From IMG/VR virus record IMGVR_UViG_2802429227_000006, positions 1-18,053 of that record: a stretch of DNA of 18,053 nucleotides, one strand, 5' to 3'. Made by a program: the position numbers and the translations under genes. This DNA comes from a virus (Duplodnaviria; Heunggongvirae; Uroviricota; Caudoviricetes). Below the pieces are notes generated by a model that made no database searches, was not told where the DNA came from, and saw only the letters and a program-made list of their open reading frames with translations. Shown here piece by piece: positions 8,918-18,053 of this stretch (positions within the stretch are counted from its first letter, which is position 1; every line of letters starts with the position of its first letter).

Positions 8918-10336
8918 ATGCCGATTCAGCAACTACCGCTCATGAAAGGTGTCGGCAAAGACTTTCGAAACGCCGACTATATCGACTATCTGCCAGTGAA
9001 TATGCTGGCTACACCCAAAGAAATCCTGAACAGCAGCGGATATCTTCGCTCATTCCCGGGCATTGCCAAACGCTCTAATGTGAACGGCGTATCGCGCGGC
9101 GTCGAGTACAACATGGCGCAGAGTGCTGTTTATCGCGTGTGTGGTGGCAAGCTGTACAAAGGAGAAAATGCAGTCGGTGATGTTGCCGGAAGTGGTCGCG
9201 TATCAATGGCGCATGGCCGGACATCACAGGCGGTAGGCGTTAATGGTCAACTTATCGAGTATCGCTATGATGGCACGGTTAAAACCGTCTCAAACTGGCC
9301 TACAGACAGCGGATTCACGCAGTATGAGTTAGGTTCAGTCCGCGACATTACACGCTTACGTGGGCGTTATGCGTGGTCAAAAGACGGCACGGATTCATGG
9401 TTTATCACTGACCTTGAAGACGAATCGCATCCTGACCGTTACAGTGCACAATATCGTGCCGAGTCTCAGCCTGACGGAATCATCGGCATCGGCACATGGC
9501 GAGACTTCATCGTCTGCTTTGGTTCATCGACGATTGAATATTTTTCCCTCACTGGTGCAACCACAGTTGGTGCCGCGTTGTATGTCGCACAGCCATCGCT
9601 GATGGTGCAGAAAGGCATTGCCGGAACTTACTGCAAAACGCCGTTTGCTGATTCCTATGCGTTCATCAGCAATCCGGCAACAGGTGCTCCGTCTGTATAC
9701 ATCATCGGCTCCGGTCAGGTATCACCAATCGCCAGCGCGAGCATTGAGAAAATTCTCCGCTCCTACACTGCTGATGAACTGGCTGATGGTGTGATGGAGT
9801 CTCTGCGATTTGATGCGCATGAGTTGCTGATTATCCATCTTCCGCGTCATGTTCTTGTTTACGACGCATCTTCAAGCGCCAATGGTCCGCAATGGTGTGT
9901 GCTGAAAACAGGCCTGTATGACGATGTGTACCGCGCTATCGACTTCATTTACGAAGGCAATCAGATAACGTGCGGCGATAAGCTGGAATCGGTGACCGGG
10001 AAATTGCAATTCGATATCAGCAGCCAGTACGACAAGCAACAGGAACATCTGCTGTTTACTCCGTTGTTCAAAGCGGATAACGCCAGAGTGTTCGACCTTG
10101 AGGTTGAATCGTCAACTGGCGTTGCGCAGTACGCCGACAGCCTGTTCATCTCTGCAACCACTGACGGCATAAATTACGGTCGTGAGCAGATGATTGAGCA
10201 GAATGAACCGTTCGTTTATGACAAACGTGTTTTGTGGAAGCGAGTAGGGCGCATCAGGAAAAATGTCGGCTTCAAATTGCGCGTTATAACGAAGTCACCT
10301 GTCACTCTGTCTGGTTGCCAGATAAGGATTGAGTAA
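8918..10336 (+). CDS. Tail hub protein (P22 gp10-like)
   Basis: 472 aa (P22 gp10 is 472 aa by memory); position between gp4-like and tail needle; RBS GAGGTG upstream. Assigned by synteny and size, not by recalled sequence. Confidence 0.8.
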   Translation: MPIQQLPLMKGVGKDFRNADYIDYLPVNMLATPKEILNSSGYLRSFPGIAKRSNVNGVSRGVEYNMAQSAVYRVCGGKLYKGENAVGDVAGSGRVSMAHGRTSQAVGVNGQLIEYRYDGTVKTVSNWPTDSGFTQYELGSVRDITRLRGRYAWSKDGTDSWFITDLEDESHPDRYSAQYRAESQPDGIIGIGTWRDFIVCFGSSTIEYFSLTGATTVGAALYVAQPSLMVQKGIAGTYCKTPFADSYAFISNPATGAPSVYIIGSGQVSPIASASIEKILRSYTADELADGVMESLRFDAHELLIIHLPRHVLVYDASSSANGPQWCVLKTGLYDDVYRAIDFIYEGNQITCGDKLESVTGKLQFDISSQYDKQQEHLLFTPLFKADNARVFDLEVESSTGVAQYADSLFISATTDGINYGREQMIEQNEPFVYDKRVLWKRVGRIRKNVGFKLRVITKSPVTLSGCQIRIE

Positions 10337-11037
10337 TGGCTGATTCGAATCTCAATGAGCCGGTAACAATTCAGGCTACACGACTCGATACATCAATCCT
10401 TCCACGCAATATATTCAGCCAGTCTTACCTGCTGTATGTCATTAATCAGGGGGCTGATGTCGGCGCAATTGCCGGGAAGGCAAATCAGGCTGGTCAGGGC
10501 GCTTACGATGCTCAGGTGAAAAACGATGAACAGGATGTCGAACTGGCTGACCACGATGCAAGAATCACCGCAAACACAAAAGCGATAAATATCCTTGAGG
10601 TCAGGTTGACAACTGCCGAAGGGAAGATAGCCGTACTGCGTAGCGATGTTGATTACTTGCTGGATGAGGTTATCGATATTCAGGGGCATCTGGTCACTGT
10701 TGACCAAAGACTGGATGACGTAGAAAACGATGTCTCTGGCATTAAGAGTGATTACGTATCGAAAACCGTAACAGAATCGCAGTCTCTTGCGTCACCGCTG
10801 GATGTAAAAACATCATATTCAGTTGATGGAATTCAGGTTGTTGGAGCAAGAAATACCGGATGGACTGCAGCCACAGGTACACCTCTTCTTGGCTCATTCA
10901 ACGCTAACCAGTCATACACGGTCGGCACTACGTACACACAATCCGAAGTCGCGGCTCTCGCTACAGGTTTGCAGCAGGCGCGGCAGCGTATTCTGGCGCT
11001 TGAAACAGCACTTAGATTACATGGGCTGATTGACTGA
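10336..11037 (+). CDS. Tail needle / plug protein (P22 gp26-like)
   Basis: 233 aa; N-terminus [77 protein letters not shown] and C-terminus ...[33 protein letters not shown] closely match P22 gp26 as I recall it; central heptad-repeat trimeric coiled coil. Confidence 0.9.
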   Translation: MADSNLNEPVTIQATRLDTSILPRNIFSQSYLLYVINQGADVGAIAGKANQAGQGAYDAQVKNDEQDVELADHDARITANTKAINILEVRLTTAEGKIAVLRSDVDYLLDEVIDIQGHLVTVDQRLDDVENDVSGIKSDYVSKTVTESQSLASPLDVKTSYSVDGIQVVGARNTGWTAATGTPLLGSFNANQSYTVGTTYTQSEVAALATGLQQARQRILALETALRLHGLID

Positions 11038-11492
11038 TGATTACATTCAAACCAACGCGAAACATCGACCTGATAGAAGCAGTCGGAAATCACCCTGACA
11101 TTATCGCCGGGAGCAATAACGGTGATGAATACGGCTACAAACCTGATTGCCGTTACTTTGAAGTTAACGTGCACGGGCAGTTTGGCGGCATTGTTTACTA
11201 TCAGGAGATTCAGCCGCTTACATTCGATTGCCACGCCATGTACCTGCCAGAGATTCGCGGCTTCAGCAAGGAAATAGGGCTGGCGTTCTGGCGATACATT
11301 CTGACCAACACCACCGTTCAGTGCGTCACATCATTTGCTGCACGCAAATTCCGCCACGGGCAGATGTACTGCGCAATGATTGGCCTTAAGCGTGTAGGAA
11401 CCATCAAGAAATACTTCAAAGGCGTGGATGACGTGACGTTTTACAGCGCCACACGCGAAGAACTAATCGACTTCCTGAATCACGGGAGATAG
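11037..11492 (+). CDS. gp14-like protein (conserved ORF between tail needle and ejection proteins)
   Basis: 151 aa, start overlaps the gp26-like stop (TGATG). Same position as P22 gene 14. Cys/His-containing sequence with no motif I can confidently name. Confidence 0.6.
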   Translation: MITFKPTRNIDLIEAVGNHPDIIAGSNNGDEYGYKPDCRYFEVNVHGQFGGIVYYQEIQPLTFDCHAMYLPEIRGFSKEIGLAFWRYILTNTTVQCVTSFAARKFRHGQMYCAMIGLKRVGTIKKYFKGVDDVTFYSATREELIDFLNHGR

Positions 11493-11494
11493 CC

Positions 11495-12187
11495 ATGTTA
11501 TATGCATTTACGCTGGGCAGAAAACTGCGCGGCGAGGAACCTTATTGCCCTGAAAAAGGCGGGAAAGGTGGCAGTTCTGATAAAAGCGCAAAGTATGCAG
11601 CAGAAGCTCAGAAGTATGCCGCAGACCTGCAAAATCAGCAGTGGCAGACGATCATGAAAAACCTTGTTCCGTTCACGCCTCTTGCGGAGCAGTATGTTAA
11701 CCAGCTTCAGAACCTTTCCAGTTTAGAAGGTCAGGGGCAGGCACTTAATCAGTATTACAACTCTCAGCAGTATAAAGACCTTGCAGGTCAGGCTCGTTAC
11801 CAGAGTCTTGCTGCTGCGGAGGCTACGGGAGGACTTGGTTCGACAGCCGCAAGCAATCAACTGGCTACGATCGCGCCGACTCTCGGTCAGTCTTGGTTAT
11901 CAAACCAGATGAGCAATTACAACAATCTGGCAAACGTTGGGCTTGGTGCTCTGCAAGGTCAGGCAAACGCTGGGCAGACGTACGCCAACAACATGAGCAG
12001 CATTGCACAGCAAAGCGCAGCTCTTGCCGCTGCTAATGCCAATAAACCATCAAGTCTTCAGACTGCAATTAGTGGCGGAACGTCTGGTGCTATTGCCGGT
12101 GCAGGTCTTGCCAGCCTTTTGGGAACATCAACACCTTGGGGCGCTGGCATTGGTGCTGGTATCGGATTGCTTGGTTCGTTGTTTTAA
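11495..12187 (+). CDS. Ejection (internal virion) protein, P22 gp7-like
   Basis: 230 aa; Gln/Ala/Asn-rich, low complexity, with a Gly-rich hydrophobic C-terminal tail (GGTSGAIAGAGLASLLGTSTPWGAGIGAGIGLLGSLF) suggestive of membrane insertion. Assigned by synteny and size. Confidence 0.75.
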   Translation: MLYAFTLGRKLRGEEPYCPEKGGKGGSSDKSAKYAAEAQKYAADLQNQQWQTIMKNLVPFTPLAEQYVNQLQNLSSLEGQGQALNQYYNSQQYKDLAGQARYQSLAAAEATGGLGSTAASNQLATIAPTLGQSWLSNQMSNYNNLANVGLGALQGQANAGQTYANNMSSIAQQSAALAAANANKPSSLQTAISGGTSGAIAGAGLASLLGTSTPWGAGIGAGIGLLGSLF

Positions 12188-12196
12188 GGGGTAATC

Positions 12197-13492
12197 ATGG
12201 CTACTTGGCAAGGATCAAATGGCGGATTGTTGGCTGGTATCGGCGGCGTCAACTCAAACGCTCCGAGCGTAAATGACATCGGCAATACGCTTCAGCTTAT
12301 CAGGCAGAACAATGATATTGAGCGTTCAGGCGCTAACAATGTTGGGCTGACTGCTTTGCAAGGCCTTTCAGGTATTGCGGGGGTGTTTCAGCAGGAAAAG
12401 CAGGCTCAGCGGCAGAAAGAATTTCAGCAGGCATACGCTAATGCTTATGCGTCTGGTGATCGCGGTGCTTTGCGTCAGTTGGCTACTCAATATCCAGACC
12501 AGATTGAATCCGTTCGTAAAGGCATGGGATTCATTGATGAAGACCAGCGCAATTCTATCGGCACCTTAGCGGCTGGCGCTCGTCTTGCGGCATCGTCTCC
12601 AGAAGCAATGCAATCATGGCTGCAAAACAACGCCAAGGAACTGACTCGCGTCGGCGTTGACCCTAATAACGTTGCTCAGATGTATCAGCAGAATCCTTCA
12701 GGATTTGGTGAGTTTGTTGATCACCTTGGAATGGCTGCTCTTGGTCCGATTGATTACTTCAATGTTCAGGACAAGATGGCTGGTCGTGAGATTGACCGAG
12801 GCAGGCTGGCAGAGACAATCCGCAGCAATCAGGCTGGAGAAGCACTAACAGCTCGAGGTCAGGACATCCAGATACGTGGACAGAACATCAGCGCACAGAA
12901 TGCTGCTCTTTCCCGAGAAATACAAAGAGCAGAATTACAAGAAAAGGCTCTGGACAGACAGATAGCCAGAGAAAGCAATCAGTTAAAGCTTGAAGAGCTA
13001 AAGCAGAAACAGGCAGATGTTCGGCAAAAGGCTGACATAGCACGCGCTGACAGGCAGGCCGCCGCTCAGGGTGCAGTTGATACGTTCAGCACCGCGCTTG
13101 ATTCTCTCAACGAGATAGAGCAAAGCCCCGGCCTTTCAAAAGCAGTAGGAATTCGCTCAGCGTTTCCGACAGTTCCTGGTTCTGATGCGGCTAACTTTGA
13201 AGCAAGGCTCGACACCTTTAAAGCTCAAACATTCCTTCCTATGGTGCAGTCCCTGAAGGGTATGGGCGCTCTTTCAGATGCTGAGGGTAAAAAATTATCC
13301 GATGCGGTTGGTGCCCTAAGTCCCAAAATGAGTGAAAAGGCTTTTCGTGACTCTATCGGAAAGATTAGAAATCAGCTTGAAAGCAAGTTGAGCACTGTTA
13401 AAAAACAGTTTGATTATCAGGAGCCGGTGCAGAATATGCCAGGGCAACAATCTACTACTGGCAGTAACTTTTCTTCACTATGGGGTGATTAA
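12197..13492 (+). CDS. Ejection (internal virion) protein, P22 gp20-like
   Basis: 431 aa; RBS AAGGGG upstream; position and low-complexity Ala/Gln-rich composition with coiled-coil-like charged segment. Assigned by synteny. Confidence 0.75.
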   Translation: MATWQGSNGGLLAGIGGVNSNAPSVNDIGNTLQLIRQNNDIERSGANNVGLTALQGLSGIAGVFQQEKQAQRQKEFQQAYANAYASGDRGALRQLATQYPDQIESVRKGMGFIDEDQRNSIGTLAAGARLAASSPEAMQSWLQNNAKELTRVGVDPNNVAQMYQQNPSGFGEFVDHLGMAALGPIDYFNVQDKMAGREIDRGRLAETIRSNQAGEALTARGQDIQIRGQNISAQNAALSREIQRAELQEKALDRQIARESNQLKLEELKQKQADVRQKADIARADRQAAAQGAVDTFSTALDSLNEIEQSPGLSKAVGIRSAFPTVPGSDAANFEARLDTFKAQTFLPMVQSLKGMGALSDAEGKKLSDAVGALSPKMSEKAFRDSIGKIRNQLESKLSTVKKQFDYQEPVQNMPGQQSTTGSNFSSLWGD

Positions 13493-15489
13493 TGGCTAAA
13501 GCATGGAAAGATGTTATCGCCTCTCCACAGTATCAGGCGTTAGCACCAGAACAAAAAGCGCAGGCTCAGGAGCAATACTTCAATGAAGTCGTTGCCCCGC
13601 AAGCCGGAGAAAATGCAGAGCAGGCCAAGCAAGCTTTCTATGCTGCCTATCCATTGCCATCTGCGCAGCAAGTGGAGACACAGCAACCAGTAGCACAGCA
13701 ACAACCACAGCAAAGTGGATTTATGTCTGATCTTGGCGAAGCAGTAAAAGAGACTGGTCGCGGACTGGTGCAGGCTGGCGTGAACGTGGCAAACATACCC
13801 GCATCAGTTGCCGATGCTGTAACAAGCGCGGCGGCTTGGGCTGGCGGTAAACTCGGCATTGGCGATGGTACATATCAACCAGCGCCACGAGTAACAACGC
13901 AGGGATTAGAGCAGGACTTTGGCCTTCAGCAAGGCGCGCTGACTCCACAAACGACAGAGGGAAGGGTATTTGCTGAAGCATTGCCTTACCTCACTCCTGC
14001 TGGCGTTGAGAGAGCGGCGGCACAGGCACCAACACTAGCTGGTAGAATCGCTCAGGGTGCAACTCGCCTTCTCGCTGAAAACGCAGTCGGGTCACTTGCT
14101 GCAAATAGTGCGAAAGATGATTCGGAAGCCCTCGCCACCGATTTAGGTGTTGGCGTTCTGGCAGGCGGCGCTATTAACGCTGCTGGACGTGGATTAGGTG
14201 CTGCTTATCGTGGCGTTAGTGGTGCTATTGCGCCAGAAGCGCAGCAGGCTATCAGATTTGCAGAGCGTGAAGGAGTTCCTCTGCACACCACAGACCTGTT
14301 ACAACCCACTTCCCGCGTCGGAAAAATGGCGCAGACTACAGCAGAAAATATCCCTCTGGCTGGCACAAGCGGAATGAGAGCAACGCAACAGGAAGCGAGA
14401 AGCCAGTTGGTGCAGAGATTTGCCGATAAATTCGGTGAGTATGATCCAGCGGTTGTTATTGACAGCCTTAAAGCGAAAACATCAGGAATTCGTCGTGCCG
14501 CAGGGAACCGTATTGAGCAAATTCAGAATGCAATGGCAGGAGTCAACATTCAACCTGCACGAGCAATTCAGCAGATTGATACTGAGATATCTAACCTGCA
14601 GAAGCTTGGTAAGGTCGCTGATAACGAGACGATTTCAAAACTTCAGTCATATCGTGATGAGCTTGTTCGCAATGCTGGTCCTGATGGTCCGGTCAATCTG
14701 GATTTGAAGCAATTAAGCGATCTGCGCAGCCAGTTCAGAATGGACGTGAAGGGTGAGCGACCAGTGTTACCAAACCGTTCCGATGCCGCCATTCAGCGCG
14801 TTTACAAGGCAATGACTGACGATATCAATGGTGCCATTGGTCAGAATCTTGGCAACGATACTCTCCGTAAATATCAGCAGGCCAATGCCGTCTACGCTGA
14901 CGAAGCGGAGAAACTAAAGAATACCAGGCTGAAGAATGTTCTCATGAAAGGCGACCTGACGCCGGAAGTTGTCAACAACATGCTATTCAGCAAGAACAAA
15001 TCGGAAATTAAGACTCTGTATAACTCAGTTGGTCGTGTTGGCAGGGCGCAAATGCGCAATGGCATCATTGGAAAGGCGATGGAGAAATCTGGCGGATCCC
15101 CTGACCAGTTCCTTCGGCAGCTTAACATCCTGCAAAACCAGACTGGCATCACATTTAAGGGGCAGGACGCTGCTTATCTGAAAGGATTAAAAAACTACCT
15201 GCAATCCACGCAGCAGGCTGTAAAAGCGGCAGTAACAACACCCACAGGGCAGCAAACTATCCCGTTCATAATTGGGTATGGGACGGCAATGAACCCGGCG
15301 ACAACTGGCGCAGCAGTAAGCTACGGACTTCTTACTCGCGCCTATGAGAGCGAGCCATTCAGAAATGCAATGCTCCGAATGGCAAACACCCCACGCGGAT
15401 CAACAGCGTTTGAGAAAACCATGCAGCAGGCACAAAAGGCAATTAACGCCATGACGCAGGGTGCGAAGTCTGATTCGTTGTCAGAATAG
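13492..15489 (+). CDS. Ejection (internal virion) protein, P22 gp16-like
   Basis: 665 aa; start overlaps the preceding stop (TAATG); last and largest of the three ejection-protein genes before the tailspike. Assigned by synteny and composition. Confidence 0.75.
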   Translation: MAKAWKDVIASPQYQALAPEQKAQAQEQYFNEVVAPQAGENAEQAKQAFYAAYPLPSAQQVETQQPVAQQQPQQSGFMSDLGEAVKETGRGLVQAGVNVANIPASVADAVTSAAAWAGGKLGIGDGTYQPAPRVTTQGLEQDFGLQQGALTPQTTEGRVFAEALPYLTPAGVERAAAQAPTLAGRIAQGATRLLAENAVGSLAANSAKDDSEALATDLGVGVLAGGAINAAGRGLGAAYRGVSGAIAPEAQQAIRFAEREGVPLHTTDLLQPTSRVGKMAQTTAENIPLAGTSGMRATQQEARSQLVQRFADKFGEYDPAVVIDSLKAKTSGIRRAAGNRIEQIQNAMAGVNIQPARAIQQIDTEISNLQKLGKVADNETISKLQSYRDELVRNAGPDGPVNLDLKQLSDLRSQFRMDVKGERPVLPNRSDAAIQRVYKAMTDDINGAIGQNLGNDTLRKYQQANAVYADEAEKLKNTRLKNVLMKGDLTPEVVNNMLFSKNKSEIKTLYNSVGRVGRAQMRNGIIGKAMEKSGGSPDQFLRQLNILQNQTGITFKGQDAAYLKGLKNYLQSTQQAVKAAVTTPTGQQTIPFIIGYGTAMNPATTGAAVSYGLLTRAYESEPFRNAMLRMANTPRGSTAFEKTMQQAQKAINAMTQGAKSDSLSE

Positions 15490-15653
15490 CTTTGCAAACA
15501 CCAGAAATGTGCAAAAACCAAATATATAGAACGCAATATTCAACAGATCTTTTTGCATAGACTCATCTCATAGTTAACAAATCATAACTTACATTAATGC
15601 AATGCCGGGCAAGTTGCATCTTGTTCCGCATTGCTACGTCTGGAGAAAATTAA
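15490..15653 (+). promoter_or_regulatory. Intergenic region upstream of tailspike with TTGCA-type motifs and an inverted repeat; candidate regulatory or RNA-structure region
   Basis: 164-bp AT-rich gap, the largest in the structural operon. Palindrome TTTGCAAA at 15491-15498; TTGCAT at 15553-15558 and 15614-15619; inverted repeat GCAATGC (15599-15605) / GCATTGC (15628-15634); RBS GGAG at 15642-15645. No convincing sigma70 -35/-10 pair found by eye. Confidence 0.3.
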
Positions 15654-18053
15654 ATGACAGACATTACAGCCAATGTTGTAGTGAGTATGCCTTCGCAACT
15701 CTTCACTATGGCGCGTTCTTTTAAAGCAGTAGCCAACGGCAAAATTTATATCGGAAAAATTGACACTGACCCGGTAAGTCCAGAAAACCAGATTCAGGTT
15801 TATGTAGAGAACGAAGACGGCTCTCATGTTCCTGTTTCGCAACCAATCATCATTAACGCTGCTGGATATCCGGTATATAACGGGCAGATTGCCAAATTCG
15901 TAACTGTTCAAGGCCATTCTATGGCTGTATATGATGCATATGGCACTCAGCAGTTCTATTTCCCTAATGTGCTGAAGTATGACCCGGATCAGCTACGGCA
16001 GCAGTTAGAAGACCCGGATGGTGCTAAAAAATATCCCGAATTGCAGATTGCACGATGGCGTGATGACAAAGATGTTCGCGGTTGGGGGGCTATCAGTGAT
16101 GGAATAACTGACGCTACTGAGGCATTCTCTAACGCAGGCTATAGAATGTTTGTTCCTGATGGCGATTTTGCAGTAAATACTCTCGAAGTTGATGTATCTT
16201 CTGCTCGAGGTATTGGGAGGATTGTTGCAGATAATGGCTCTCTTATTTCCGTTTCTCGTCTACTTGAAACTGACAAACTTGCGCAGAGAAAAATGATGGA
16301 ACCTTTTTTTGGTTTTCAGGGAGAAACAAACACAGAAATTTATCCTAATGCCAGAAATGCGTTACAGGGGATCGCATATTGCCGTGTTAATGGCATTGAA
16401 AAACTATTTGTCACACAACGGCCTGTTGGGCCAACCTGGTCGGATAAAGAAAGAGTTCGTATTGTTGAGTTTAATCTTTATGATGATGGAAGGGTAGTAA
16501 ACCATGTTGCGTATTCTCCAGAATTAAACCTTGGGCACGGATTTGATCTTTCTGCAATGGTGGAGAATGGTCAAGTATATTTATATACATCAAGTGTAAC
16601 CAATTCAGGTGAAGATGGGGAGTCTGCAGGCAAAGGGTTTAGTAAAATAACTTGGCGAGGAGCAGGAACTACTCAGTCTGACGTAAAAAGTTATAATGTA
16701 TGGGGGGCTACTGGTAGCGGCCACCCATTTCAAGATTATAATCGTGCAGGAATTGCCATTTCTTCTGACGGTCGTCTTTTAATAATGGTTAATACACCAA
16801 AGAGTGATGCCGCCAAACGAATTGTATTTATATACGATAAAATCTCAATTGATAAACTTGAAGATAAAACATTAGCAACCCCAATGTTTGTATGGGAAAT
16901 GAGCGACTCCCCTTCTGAAGGTGCTTACTCTGTACAAGGTATTGCGTCTGATGGAAGATATATACATATACTTAAGGGAGGCACTAATGCTTTTGGAAAG
17001 CATCATATCTTTACATATGATTTAACAGGTAATTTACTAAGAAAATTAGATATCGATGATGCAAGGTCGCAATATGGGCGCGATGGGTTGCTTAACCATC
17101 CAACTCTTGGGAATCCAGCTAGATTTGAGCCGGAAGGTCTAACTATTCGTGGTGAAGAAATAATTATAAGCTGCATAGAAACATGGAGGGAAGGAGCTAA
17201 TATTGTAAACTGGCGTGGAAGGAGATGGGCTGCATCATCTATTGAGACTTCTGGAATAATTGGTGTCCCTCCATCAAATGGCTCTTATTGGGTGGAAACA
17301 ACCAAGGATGCAAATTCTGGAGACTGGAGTCCTGATACAGATTATGGATGGGGAAGTAGCTATTCTCTTGAGAAAAAGACAATTTACTCTATACGACCAG
17401 CGACTGGTAACAACGATGAGCAGAACCTTAATTCTGGCATAACCAATGCTTCAAGTAATGCAGGTGTAGATGCCGGAGAAAGCGGGCGAAATATATCATT
17501 TAGATGGCGCAATGCTTTTAATATTGTTGCATTTAGCGAACGTCTTGGTGAGTACTTCAACGCTATTATGTATGATAATAGCTCAAGACTAAGAATATAC
17601 GATCAGCAAAACGGTAGTGATAACACTGTTTATGGCTCAATCCAGGCACTATTTACGTCATCATTTAAGGGATTGATTTTAAGGGGTAGGGGGGTATCAG
17701 CATCAAATAGTTCCTATATTAGGTTACATTCATCTGATGATCCAAACTACCCAAATTCGATCATTGAAGGAACAAGAACAGATGGAAGTTTTTCCAGGGA
17801 AACAGATTCAAACGGCACCACTACATTTGCATCGGACTCAGAGCACGAACCGTTGCGTATCAGAAGGGCTTCAGATGGTTTGTTGTTTGCATACGAGAAA
17901 GTAAGAGGTACAACTCTCTTTGGAATTTATAGAGGCTCCGGTTCACCTGAGGGTGTTGTGACCGCACCTCAGGGGTCAATGTACATTGATTATAATGGTG
18001 ATTGGTATCAAAAAAAAACAGGAACAGGAAATACCGGATGGATACTAAAATAA
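15654..18053 (+). CDS. Tailspike protein: P22-type head-binding N-terminal domain fused to a divergent receptor-binding (likely glycan-degrading) C-terminal module
   Basis: 799 aa; N-terminus [41 protein letters not shown]...[15 protein letters not shown]...NVLKYDPDQ is near-identical to the P22 gp9 head-binding domain as I recall it. The remainder does not resemble the P22 beta-helix domain and is markedly AT-rich. Stop TAA at 18051-18053. Confidence 0.9.
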   Translation: MTDITANVVVSMPSQLFTMARSFKAVANGKIYIGKIDTDPVSPENQIQVYVENEDGSHVPVSQPIIINAAGYPVYNGQIAKFVTVQGHSMAVYDAYGTQQFYFPNVLKYDPDQLRQQLEDPDGAKKYPELQIARWRDDKDVRGWGAISDGITDATEAFSNAGYRMFVPDGDFAVNTLEVDVSSARGIGRIVADNGSLISVSRLLETDKLAQRKMMEPFFGFQGETNTEIYPNARNALQGIAYCRVNGIEKLFVTQRPVGPTWSDKERVRIVEFNLYDDGRVVNHVAYSPELNLGHGFDLSAMVENGQVYLYTSSVTNSGEDGESAGKGFSKITWRGAGTTQSDVKSYNVWGATGSGHPFQDYNRAGIAISSDGRLLIMVNTPKSDAAKRIVFIYDKISIDKLEDKTLATPMFVWEMSDSPSEGAYSVQGIASDGRYIHILKGGTNAFGKHHIFTYDLTGNLLRKLDIDDARSQYGRDGLLNHPTLGNPARFEPEGLTIRGEEIIISCIETWREGANIVNWRGRRWAASSIETSGIIGVPPSNGSYWVETTKDANSGDWSPDTDYGWGSSYSLEKKTIYSIRPATGNNDEQNLNSGITNASSNAGVDAGESGRNISFRWRNAFNIVAFSERLGEYFNAIMYDNSSRLRIYDQQNGSDNTVYGSIQALFTSSFKGLILRGRGVSASNSSYIRLHSSDDPNYPNSIIEGTRTDGSFSRETDSNGTTTFASDSEHEPLRIRRASDGLLFAYEKVRGTTLFGIYRGSGSPEGVVTAPQGSMYIDYNGDWYQKKTGTGNTGWILK

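Noticed and set aside
15594-15917. 107-aa minus-strand ORF overlapping the tailspike start and upstream region
   Set aside because: Overlaps the highly conserved head-binding domain coding sequence on the opposite strand; AT-rich region yields long chance frames. No RBS evidence.
1-18053. Search for tRNA genes, CRISPR repeats, integrase/att sites, or an immunity (immI/ant/sieA-type) cassette
   Set aside because: No cloverleaf-like sequences, direct-repeat arrays, tyrosine-recombinase-like ORFs or reverse-strand gene cluster were seen. The window appears to be purely a late-operon segment, so prophage or free-phage status cannot be decided.
17940-18053. Tailspike C-terminus (...[26 protein letters not shown]) as a possible conserved tail-fiber terminal motif or autoproteolytic chaperone
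   Set aside because: I have a vague sense that similar termini occur in other phage fibers but cannot recall a specific match. It lacks anything I can identify as an endosialidase-type intramolecular chaperone, so no claim is made.

Overview
This window reads as the late (lysis-to-tail) region of a P22-like short-tailed phage or prophage of an enterobacterial host, with the Sf6/HK620-type morphogenesis gene order. All confident genes are on the + strand. In order: the 3' part of the spanin gene Rz with Rz1 embedded in the +1 frame, a KilA-N domain gene, an 80-aa ORF, small and large terminase subunits, portal, scaffold, coat, a small ORF, the gp4/gp10/gp26 tail adaptor-hub-needle set, a gp14-like ORF, three ejection proteins (gp7/gp20/gp16-like) and a 799-aa tailspike. 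Most gene junctions are tight or overlapping (ATGA, TAATG, TGATG), consistent with one translationally coupled late operon. I see no tRNA, rRNA, CRISPR array, integrase or transposase. I do not see a clearly novel multi-gene system. The most interesting feature is the tailspike: a conserved head-binding N-terminus joined to a divergent, AT-rich C-terminal receptor-binding module. Lesser points are the KilA-N locus with its flanking terminator and ORF-poor region, a small ORF after the coat terminator, and an inverted repeat upstream of the tailspike. All homology statements come from reading the translations and recalling known phage proteins; no database search was run.
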